A DNA stretch of 55,204 bases, filler included, from Asterionella formosa (taxonomy: Eukaryota): NCBI GenBank assembly GCA_002256025.1. It is 4 parts of 4 records of this genome, joined end to end, with 100 filler letters (N's around TTAATTAATTAA, not from the genome) between each part and the next. Parts side by side here need not be neighbours in the genome. Positions count along the whole stretch, not along the records: positions 41,485 to 55,204 come from NKIB01006482.1; 3 more parts are not named here. One strand, written 5' to 3'. The position numbers and the translations under genes were made by a program. Within the stretch, counting starts at the first letter, position 1, and each line of letters opens with the position of its first letter. The notes below the pieces were generated by a model, which ran no database searches, had not been told where the DNA came from, and saw only the letters and a program-made list of their open reading frames with translations. Shown in pieces: positions 45,390 to 55,204 of the stretch.

Positions 45390-47267
45390 ATGGACGAGTC
45401 GGAGGGAGAATACTGCAAGAGCAGAATGACGACCATTTCTGATTATCAAGCAGTAGGAGATGATTTCAAACAAGGTCACGAAACTGAGTCTCTGGGAATA
45501 AAGCAAATGGCTTCCAAGTGCACCAAGGTGTTTCAATCATCAACAGAGATGTCACCAAAAACCGTAGTCGATCCCAACAAAACCCCGATTGCAACATTGT
45601 CCAAGTCTGATTCAATTCGAAGGACTCTTCGAGAGAGGGAAAAGAGATTAAGCGCTTTGGTGAAAGAAAGCAGCTGGCGTTTGAACAGTGTAAGCGATGG
45701 GGTCCCTCCAGAAATGCCGATGACTGATTCGATTGAATCTGGTTTTATTCCGGACAAATTACCGCCCATGATATTTGAAGGTAAAGAAGAATCGGATCGA
45801 AATGAAGCCATGAAAACCTTATCTAAAGCTATTTTGACTTTAAAAGGGAGACTCGAACAAGAGAAATCGAAAACATACGAATTGAAGAAAGAGGTCGCTG
45901 CCAGGAAGCTGTCATTTCAACGGAAGGGGATAGAAGCTCTGGGCCTTGTATCCGAGACGAGAAAGTTGAAGGAAACAAACGAAAAATTAGAGGAGGAAAT
46001 GGTACATTTGAAAGAACAGTTGGAGGAACATCAAGCTGTGGTGAAGAACATTCAAGCTGAAAATTTTATGTTTAAGCGAGAGGAAGTGTCTCTTCGGGGC
46101 CAGCTTGTCGTTGCCAGACAAAAAATTCAAAGTGACTCTACTTCCCAGAGAGAACATCTTGATTTCTTAGAATACGAAGTTCTGTCCAAGAACGAGAAAA
46201 TTGACAACTTGAAGCAGGAACTGAACGAAAGACTTAAGCGGATTGTTGAGCTAGAGGTGGCGCTAGAGACTCACAGCCATCGCTACCACGAATCATTTAT
46301 GGAATGGGTTAGAAATGATGGAGCCATGAGTTATGGAAACGTAGATACCGGTGCAGCTTTGATGGATACACCGCTAGGTCAGGATCCACCGGAGATTTTG
46401 AAAAAACCTATCTTGACTCAGGGTATCTCTCGATTCTTTCGTCGCTTGAAAAGCAAGAATAAAATCGGAAGAAATCAACAATTCTTTTTTCGCACAGCTG
46501 CACCAGGCAACCTTGAAATCCGCTTGCGAAGTGAAATAGCAAGCTTGGAATCCAGATACATTCGCGATCAGTTCGCTGCCAAGATTAAGATAGAGGAGTT
46601 GAAACAAGAAAACAGCGAATATCGGATCCAGATTCTTTCTACTTTAGAGCTTGCGTCTACCCAGCAAGTTGGACCCATGAATGCTGGATCCTCTCACCCG
46701 ATCTCAAGTCTCCCCTCCCGTACACGCTTTCTTGAAGAAAAGGTCGCGTCCCTCGAGAACGAGCGAACACTTCAGTCTCGATTAAATGAAAATCTCAAAA
46801 CTGAAATAGTTCGGCTTGAGGTCAACTCCAAGAAGCAGTCACAGCTAAATGAAGAAGTGTTGCAAAACCTTCGCCTCGATAACGAAGTGAAAGATGTCAA
46901 GTTGTCAAGCTTTGAACATGAACTAAGAACGACCACAGAAAAGTCATCAGACTTCTCAAATTATATCATGCAGTGCAATACAATTTCTGGGCTAGAGGCA
47001 AAGCTTCGAGAGAGCTTCACGGAAAAATTACGTCTGCATCGGGAGGGCGAAGTCAAAGACATGACGATTAATGCACTTCGCCAAGACATTGTGGGACTTC
47101 GAATACAGTTGTTTAAAAACCAAGACGAAATTACACATTCCGGACAAGAGGTTGTAAATCAAGGACTAACTTATCGGGATATGGATACGATGCAATCTGG
47201 TGTCTGTAACCATATGGAATTTCAGGCCTTGCCTGCCGTTAAGCTGTTACATGTTCATAATGAGTGA
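45390..47267 (+). CDS. Long coiled-coil hypothetical protein (625 aa)
   Basis: Uninterrupted ORF with E/K/L-rich heptad character. No catalytic motif recognised. Confidence 0.75.
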   Translation: MDESEGEYCKSRMTTISDYQAVGDDFKQGHETESLGIKQMASKCTKVFQSSTEMSPKTVVDPNKTPIATLSKSDSIRRTLREREKRLSALVKESSWRLNSVSDGVPPEMPMTDSIESGFIPDKLPPMIFEGKEESDRNEAMKTLSKAILTLKGRLEQEKSKTYELKKEVAARKLSFQRKGIEALGLVSETRKLKETNEKLEEEMVHLKEQLEEHQAVVKNIQAENFMFKREEVSLRGQLVVARQKIQSDSTSQREHLDFLEYEVLSKNEKIDNLKQELNERLKRIVELEVALETHSHRYHESFMEWVRNDGAMSYGNVDTGAALMDTPLGQDPPEILKKPILTQGISRFFRRLKSKNKIGRNQQFFFRTAAPGNLEIRLRSEIASLESRYIRDQFAAKIKIEELKQENSEYRIQILSTLELASTQQVGPMNAGSSHPISSLPSRTRFLEEKVASLENERTLQSRLNENLKTEIVRLEVNSKKQSQLNEEVLQNLRLDNEVKDVKLSSFEHELRTTTEKSSDFSNYIMQCNTISGLEAKLRESFTEKLRLHREGEVKDMTINALRQDIVGLRIQLFKNQDEITHSGQEVVNQGLTYRDMDTMQSGVCNHMEFQALPAVKLLHVHNE

Positions 47268-47446
47268 TAACCTGCGTTTAGGTAAGCGATAATTGGAGTG
47301 AGTTTATTTAAGATTCAGCGAGTCAGTTTATTTACAGTAAGCTACAAACAAAATTGTTAGCAAGAGAATCAATGCTAAGTTAAAAGATGTCATAATGGAT
47401 TATATTGTATACGTCGCTATTCAATGGCACTTATCATCATGCTGTG

Positions 47447-48472
47447 TCACTCGAAATGGTCTTCTACCTTGGTCAGGACCACTGTTTTCATTCCTGTATC
47501 CACCTCGACTGATGTCATGGCTCCCGCTTCCATCTCCGCTGCCGCCAAAGCCTCAAGATCTTCCTTTGCCTTCGCAGCTTCTTTTGCTTCGAGAGTTGCC
47601 TCGGCCTTCGCATGTGCAGTAGAAGCTGCAGCTTCCCTTTGAACAACTTGCAAGTTCTCGCTTAGCTGCTGAATTGTCTGGCTTTGTATCTCATGCGTCT
47701 GCGTCAATTTCTCCAAACGACTCTCGGCTTCCTCTAATTCCTTCTTCAAATCAACATCGGTTCCTTCGGAAGCAGCCCGATTCTTAAGGCGTTCCATCTC
47801 CTGTTGATTCTTCTTGATTTGCTCATCATAGTCCCTCTGCATGTCCTCCTTTTGTTCTTCCAACAAATCCAACTGTTTGCGCAACTCAAGTTCTGTACGA
47901 CAACGGTCTTCCACAATCTCGGTAATTTCTGACTTTAAAGACGTAACAACTTCATTGCAGGACTGCTCGACCAGTTCCATCTGTTGAGAAGTTGCCTCCA
48001 TCTTCTTAACGGCCTTCGCCAACTGTGCCTGCAATTTCATAACGTACTGGCTATCCACACCAGACTTCGGGGCGACGCCCTTGATCAGGTTAGCATACTC
48101 ATGAATGGCTTCCTTGTCTTGCATATCTCTTTCAAGCGCTTCGAGGCGCTCTTCCATAGCCAGAGTCTGTCGCTGCAAACGGTCTGCTTCGAGTCGATGC
48201 AAAATGGCTTCTTCCATTTGCTTCAAGCGTTCTTCTTCGAGTTCCTTTTGAAGGGCAGCGAGTTCCTGTTCCTTCTCTAGGCGTTTCTTCTCCATTCCAC
48301 TAATGGTCGAATCGCGAGATCTGATTGTCTTTTCAAGAGTGTTTCGTGACAGGTCTTCCTCGTCGTCATCTGCCCCAGCGAAGGCGCTAGGGCGGATGTC
48401 GCCTTGCGAAGTACCTGCTGTAGTTGTGGGCCGATTAGAAGATCGAGTGAAGTTTGATATCTGGCGAATCAT
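47447..48472 (-). CDS. Coiled-coil hypothetical protein (about 341 aa from ATG 48472)
   Basis: Uninterrupted E/Q/K-rich ORF; first ATG follows an AACAAC context. Convergent with 45390-47267. Confidence 0.75.
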   Translation of the reverse strand: MIRQISNFTRSSNRPTTTAGTSQGDIRPSAFAGADDDEEDLSRNTLEKTIRSRDSTISGMEKKRLEKEQELAALQKELEEERLKQMEEAILHRLEADRLQRQTLAMEERLEALERDMQDKEAIHEYANLIKGVAPKSGVDSQYVMKLQAQLAKAVKKMEATSQQMELVEQSCNEVVTSLKSEITEIVEDRCRTELELRKQLDLLEEQKEDMQRDYDEQIKKNQQEMERLKNRAASEGTDVDLKKELEEAESRLEKLTQTHEIQSQTIQQLSENLQVVQREAAASTAHAKAEATLEAKEAAKAKEDLEALAAAEMEAGAMTSVEVDTGMKTVVLTKVEDHFE

Positions 48473-49199
48473 GTTGTTGTTGATTGGCGTACTTGTGAGC
48501 GATCGTAATAGGGCTTTGTGTGTACCTGATGGTGCCCTGATACCAAACACTTCAGCCTTGTTTGTCAATGATCAGCCAACCGAAATGAAGATGACTGCGG
48601 GAGTACAGCGACTGATATTCTCTAACGACTTCAAATACTCCTAAATACCACAAAACTTCGTGTTATTTCTGTGTGTATAGTGTCGATTATAGCTACTAGG
48701 AATGTTGCATGTACGTAGTGCATACAGTTGGAGCTATGTTTTTTCAGTACCAGTACCCACGATGGCACATTCAAACACGACATGTTAATCTCCGCCAATT
48801 GCAGGCTCCCAGATCCTTGGAAAAAACCAATACTTGATGGAACAAGCGGAATCAAAGTACTGAAGCCAAGAGATATTCTGATGCTAGTATTGGAACTTGA
48901 CGATGCTGGTGGCAATGCTGAAGGAGGTCTTGGCATGCATCTGCTGCATTGGACTTGACTCAATTTTAAATCTAAAAAGGAGCTCAAAATTTTGTTAATA
49001 CAAAATTGAAGAACAGTTATTTCCAACTGAGACATATCCTCATGAGAATTTGTCATTGTCACTTGAGGCCAAACTGTTCCAAGATGAAAGTATGTTGACT
49101 TGGTTGGTGGGTCAGATGTAACAGATAACAAAACGTTTGTTTGATCTGTTGCTACCACCTGACGTTTTAAAACATTCCAGGACTCCATCTCCAAACGGA

Positions 49200-49750
49200 A
49201 TTGTGCCCGGTTGCCAAGAAATTTGGTTTTGCCATTTCTTTTTAGTTTCAATAGAGTTTCCAATACTTTCACAATTGTAAATGGTCCACATGACCATCTG
49301 CTGTCATCTTCTGGTTGAAATAACATGGAATCATGTTCAGTGGCCATCAGGACAAGCGATCTGCAATGGTGCTTTGGTGCCAGTATAGAAAGATTCTGAT
49401 AAACCAATTTCTTCAGGTGTTTGGTATTCTTGTGGAAGATATCCTGTATCAGTGCATAACAATTCCAATTGTTTGGTGCATCCAGGGATGATGCAGTACC
49501 AGTACTTACGGGCAAGATGAAATAATTGATCCAAATGTTCATCCAAACTTGCATCTTTTCCAGGATCACAGACTTGACATAATCCATCATTTATAGCAAA
49601 AAGATAATGCACAAAATGGTTGTTTTCCTCCTCATCTAATCTTTTGCAATAGACAATTAGCACATAGTTACTGTCATGATGAAGTGGATGACAATCACCT
49701 TGGTATATATAGTTTGTTATTACCCTTTTCTGGCTTCTCCTCCAGATCAA
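49200..49750 (-). pseudogene. Possible Ulp1/C48-like cysteine peptidase remnant, probably transposon-borne
   Basis: YVLIVYC...NHFVHYLFAINDGLCQVCD (His to Asp 17 residues), then after a frameshift QPEDDSRWSCGPF (Gln...Cys). This is the order of the C48 triad. Confidence 0.4.
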
Positions 49751-51370
49751 ATATAACCTTATATAACCTATACATCAGTTGGATGAAGTTCATGAATTAT
49801 ATAATGGATCATAGAGCAAGGTAATTGTTTCAAGGTCCCAACATGCAAGATCTTTAAAATCTGAAGATGATTTTTTGATACCTTTGACTCCATAAAATAC
49901 AGAGGTGTAATTGCATATTTCTTGTGGGGTACATGTGTACAAATCTTTCCACAATTTTAGTTGTCCATGCGTTTTCGGCAAACTCAAGGAAAATGCAGTT
50001 TGCTTTGGCATAATAACTCTACACATTTCACAAACCGACTCTTCACAAAAGTAGCTAGCTGCCTTCGGGATTGTTCTCAATGATTTTACATAGAAATTCT
50101 TTTTCTTCCATGTATGATTTGGAAAAAAATTCAATGTTGTGCTTCAAAATTTGTTCCCCATTCAGTGCATCAACTGCCTTGTTGATTAGCCAACATCACA
50201 TCTCTGTCAGCATTGATCCTCTTGAATTCTTGGTCTTGATCTAACGCAGAATTTTTCTTGAATATGATCTTTTCTTTTAGAAATGCAATAGTTTCTCTGC
50301 TTTCATGATGTTAACCTTGATGTTCTGGACAAGTAGTGAGATACATTTCTTGGTTTTGCAACTTTTCAACCATTTCAACTTCAGAAGTGATGTCTCCCAC
50401 ATGGTCCATTACACTTTTTGCATAAAAGTGTCCGAAAATGCATAATGAGTTAATCAGGGAAACTTGGAATTACTTTTTTGAACTAAATTTGTAGCAAATC
50501 AATATTAATTTCTATCAATGATAGAAACTTTTCCTAGCCAAATTTTCAATGACTCTTTTTACTTAGTATATTGAAAATCGAAAAATAAAATAAATTTTTA
50601 CTACTGTACATTTTGTCAAGAAATCGGATGTATAGTGTATCAGATGTACTTACGTTTTCGACATAGAACACATCATACACAAAACAAACCTTGTATATAC
50701 TTTGTACATTCCGGATATATAGCGTTACATATTATACATGCTTAGCATACATACTACTGGGTACTACCAGTATTTGCATGTGTTTTTGTACAGCTGCCTG
50801 TGGTATGGGGTTGATGAGACAGCAACTCCATCTTGACCTTGACGAAATTACGGATTTGAATATCTTCACGAATATTGACAATTAACAATTCCTATTTCGC
50901 AAATGTATGAACACTAACATAGACAAGATTATCGTTGAATAATCAAATTTTTGCACTAGTATTGACAACAAAATGTCGAAATCAGCTCTGAACGTTGTTT
51001 TTGGTCGTCATTTGCTCAGTTTTGAAGATGGGACCAAAACGAGACACGGTTGAGTCCGCAGTGATTAGCTTGATAACTTTGACTAGATAAGGTTTTCTAT
51101 GTTTTGTAAAAATAGATGAGAAAACTTGAGCGACAATATTCTTGGAAAGGGCACAACATTTCAAGATGCAAGAAATACCTCAACGTCAATTTTGTCGTGA
51201 CTTTCATGTAGCTCCGGCTCCAGTTCACTACTACTCCCATCCGCCTCAAACACCTCGACACATATACACCAGTTCTGGTCCGCCGCCCGTCTGTGAATAG
51301 ATTTTCCATTAGATCTAACGTTTTACTCAGCATACGTTGAAAAACTGATTGATCATTCAAATATTTTGAC

Positions 51371-51720
51371 ATGTTGATGATAATTTTGATAAATCAACGG
51401 CAGTGTCTGTATGATCAATCAAATATGAACATGAGGATAGTAGCATACACATGTTAGGTTATGCGTATATAAGAACTCGTATATATTAGTCACCAAATCT
51501 AATCGGTTAAACAAAATTGTTGATGTATTGATCAAATGTTGTGTTATGTTGATGATAATTTTGATATAGCAATGATCGTGTTGGTGTGGTCAATCAAATT
51601 TTTTGTCAGATTATTTTCTTACACACGTCAGGTTACGCATAGATAGAATTCATATATATTATTGATCAAAACTAATATGCTAACCAAATGCTTTGATATA
51701 TTGATACGTTGTTTGATTGA
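51371..51720. repeat. Diverged AT-rich tandem repeat, 175-bp unit x2
   Basis: ATGTTGATGATAATTTTGATA at 51371 and 51546, with continued similarity downstream. Confidence 0.75.
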
Positions 51721-54018
51721 TCAATAGCTGTTGCTCTTTGATCATTTATTGTTTTAGCGAAGGTTATGACTTTACACAGATCACCTTACATGTATGTAAA
51801 CCTTGTACCCAACGATGCCATCAGAATGAATTCTGTGCAACAACGGTGCGCTCCTTATTGCCATTCCGATTTGAATGCTCTACCGGTACATGCTTTGATC
51901 CAATTCTTGTACCGGTAGTATTCGTCATTATCTCTCCATTTGCATATCAGTAATCGAATTTCTTACAAGCCTTGTGCGTTTATTGAACAATCCCTTACAA
52001 GCTACCTTCTTGCAGGGACGAAGATGATCTCAGTCTTATAACAAATGATATGGTCTCGATATTGATGGGGAATTATGCTGGCGAGGTTTGATTGTTTGTT
52101 TGTTACTCGAAATCAAAAGCTTTGGTCAATTTATACGACAGAATTGGAGAACGATGCATTGAAGGCCATACCCGATTCCAATTCCAACCGAAATCAAGAA
52201 GATTTTCCCTTTTGATCATAATTCGCCCATTGCGAACATCGATCCGTATTTCGAATCTGCTCTTCAAGATGAGATGTGAATCAAAGTGAAGATGGACCAG
52301 ATGGCGGCGCAGTTTGTTGCTCATGGCCTTAATCATGGGTCTTCCAATCTCATTGACTAGTAGCTATTGGCGAGCACATTTGTATGCTGCAGAATTAGAG
52401 CCGCAACATCACTAATCAGGAAGTAGCTTCATTTCATTCAGGAAAAAGTAGCATCACATGAACCTTGAATAGCAGGGGGTTCGAAATAACAATTGTAACT
52501 TTGCCTAATAACATTGTACCATCACATTGTTTTAAGAAATCTCTTTATCGGCAACATCAGAGGCACTATATAGGACAGCCAAACCCCATTGCCACACATA
52601 TACTTTCCACAAAGTGACCGCTTTATAAATATAGCTTATATATACGTAGTGTAGCTTGTCCCACACATATGTTCTTGCCACTCCGACGAAGTGTAAAATA
52701 TTTATGAGGGTACCAGAACCATTATTCAATCAATAGCTGTTTCCAATGTCTTACAGCAACAATGATGGTTGTCGAAATGAGTCCAATGATGTTGATAAAC
52801 TTCTCCGTTATTGGGGTGTTTCAAATGATCCCTGTATTGGTGCTGGTATTGATACAGAAGAAAAGAGGAACAAGCTTCTGTGCACCATTACAGCCACATT
52901 TTAGAAACATCGCCAAAATTGGGAAACTCTTTTTCCTGACAAGCCGATGGAATTCGTCATACCTGTCAATCCAAGAAAAGATCACCGACGTTGTGTATTC
53001 TCCGTTTATGCATTGACACAGGCGAGTGAAGACGAAATAGTTGATGCCAGTTCATCTTCTCCCAATACCATTCCAAGAAGTAAAGATTGTGTTGCTTGTA
53101 TGCCCGTGGTAGATCTTATTTCTACTTCCTCAGAGCGTCTAATTGAGTCTATCGAATCTAATAGACTTGATACAAAATCTCCCCATTACAAAGCAAAAGC
53201 AAAATGTAAATTAAAGACAACTCCAGGCATGGTTGCCAACCCGGAAGAAGCAGTCCATGACTTGTCACCAAAGAGTTCCGAAATTGTAGGAGTGATAGGG
53301 AAAGTAAATAAAGAACAGGTCAAGGAGGAAAGAAATTTGTCCCATTTATCCAGTAAGGAGTTAGAAATATTGAAACAGGACATGGTTGCCAGTCTGAATG
53401 TAGTTCATGGGTGCATTTGGTGGGATATTGTCTTCTTTCTGATGTAGTCTAAAATCTCGAGGAAAGTGAGTTTTCCATAAAATCATCGCTGGTCCTATAT
53501 GTTTCCGAAATTTCCTTGAAGTTTCAAATGATGCTTTGTTTAACAAGCCAGACTCTAGGACCACATAGAAGTTGAGAACAAAATCCAGGACACTTTCATC
53601 TAGTCTCTTTTTGTCATCTAGTCTCCTCTCCTTGCCTTTGTCATCATGATCAAAGTATCTAACCAGTAAGAGTAGTTCCTTACTCTTCTGTTGTCTCTTT
53701 AACAGACAACATGAATTACGCCATAGAAACACGTTTTTCCTGATTGAAAAATCTGCGATCGGTATCCCCTTCACAACCAAGATTGTTCCATTCCTTGTAG
53801 CAATCGGAACATTTGCCATTCCAGATAACAAGTGATATATGGCACTATCGATAGCGTGCAAATGTCAAGTCTTCAAGAAAAACGTGACTGTAACAGAACA
53901 AGGAAGCAGAAAAGGATAATGGTCTGTCAACTATAGAATTAGACAGTGGGCAAGTGCTGGATCAGAAGCGATGCAGCACCGACATTCTCAGTAATAGACA
54001 TTAGATTGGTAGCGCAAA

Positions 54019-54265
54019 GCTACAGTTTCATAGTACCTGGTACCAGTGTAGTAATAGGTACAGTTTCACTGTAGCCACATCATGTTCCGACCGTGTATTG
54101 AGACAAAGGAAAGAAGGGAATGCTGGTAGGGCAAACCTACAGTTTCACAGTATCCACGTCATGTTCCGACCGGGTATTGAGACAAGGAGAAGTAGGGACT
54201 TCTGGTATGGCAAACCTACAGTTTTACAGTACCAGCGTAGTAATAGGTACAGTTTCACAGTACCG
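54019..54265. repeat. Compound tandem repeat (~79-bp unit x2 flanked by a duplicated ~45-bp block)
   Basis: TCATGTTCCGACCG.GTATTGAGACAA occurs twice. TACAGTTT.A.AGTA...GTAGTAATAGGTACAGTTTCAC occurs at both ends. Confidence 0.8.
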
Positions 54266-54829
54266 GTATTCGAATTCCTGTTAAGTCTTGGATATATTAT
54301 CTAATCATACATACTGGTAGGGCATTAAATGTTCCTTCAAAAATGTTACTAGACATACAGAGATGTATGTTATACACACTTTTTGAAGAAGAGGAAATTT
54401 TGAGATATTGTTAAAAAATTCATGCCGGTAATGCATTCTATTCCACATAAAAACTGATGAGGGAATGGTGATAGAGAGCCTTCTTCCGGTATCAAACCAA
54501 CCGGTGGGTAGAGGTAAGTTATATGATTGTTTTGCTTCTCAACTGTGGCTACCAAGGGGCTTATGATCAGTACCGTGTGAGACCGGAAGCAAACTATAAA
54601 ATTTTATTGCTGTTCGTGTGCCCTGCTACCACTCAAAAGTTTCTACACTTCCTCAGGAAAAACGATTAAATCAACCTAATTACGAGGTTAGAAACCGCAC
54701 TTAATATCTTTGTGCACAATGCTGCAGAGGGTTTGTAGTGTCTGTGTCCAATAATTTGGACTTCAACCTTAATAACATCTTTCCCTTCCATATATGCAGA
54801 TGTGAGGAATAACAACGCTACCTGTCACC

Positions 54830-55185
54830 CATCAATCAACAGTGAGAGCATAGGTAATTTACTATACTCTCATTTGATGCTCGTTATGTCGATTGGAACA
54901 TGAAGTTACTATAGAGATTGTTTATGTCATCAGTTTGTGGCACATGTGTGGCTGGTGATGCTTTAATCGTTGCAACACTTTTGCTAACATAGGAACCTTG
55001 GAGAATGTGGCTTGCTACCATTCTTAATGGAAGCAACAATCAACCATGAGAGCACAGGTGATTAATATGCTCATTGCCTGCTCATACGGAAATTGGAGTG
55101 ATGGATTGTTCATGTGATCGCTTCGTTGCACATATCTTCGTTTAGATGCCTTGCTTACTTGATGCAACAGTTTTGCTAACATTGT
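54830..55185. repeat. Diverged ~200-bp tandem repeat x2
   Basis: TGAGAGCA.AGGT.ATT and TGCAACA.TTTTGCTAACAT each recur about 195-203 bp apart. Confidence 0.6.
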
Positions 55186-55204
55186 TGTAATTATATCTTA
55201 CAGG

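Noticed and set aside
52762..53861. Two 166-aa ORFs on opposite strands
   Set aside because: No recognisable motifs and overlapping ends; probably decayed repeat-derived sequence.

Overview
Eukaryotic nuclear DNA, most likely from a diatom or related ochrophyte (bipartite ASAFAP-type plastid presequences, short GT-AG introns, compact genes). The window is not contiguous. Three identical artificial 100-nt linkers (44 N + TTAATTAATTAA + 44 N) join four separate pieces (1-13733, 13834-27561, 27662-41384, 41485-55204), and there is one 720-N gap. Intact genes: a two-exon plastid-targeted hypothetical protein, a ZIFL-like MFS transporter, the plastid stromal processing peptidase (M16), SDHC head-to-head with a small COX6C-like protein, a gp78/RIN2-like RING-CUE E3 ligase, a CK1/VRK-type kinase with three degenerate FHA domains, a two-exon secreted Cys-rich protein resembling a prokaryotic family, and two coiled-coil proteins. 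The rest is a transposon graveyard: a full-length but frameshifted pogo-like element, mariner and IS630/Tc1 fragments, a Stowaway-like MITE, a tRNA-derived SINE and a ~0.7 kb foldback palindrome. The most striking signal is a set of stacked 6-7 bp TA-CC(N)GG-TA / TA-CCAG-TA micro-insertions. Comparisons between paralogous repeat copies show they were inserted at single TA sites. Removing four of them plus a MITE from one TA restores the A-box of a tRNA-derived SINE. All family assignments are from motif recognition by eye; no searches were run.
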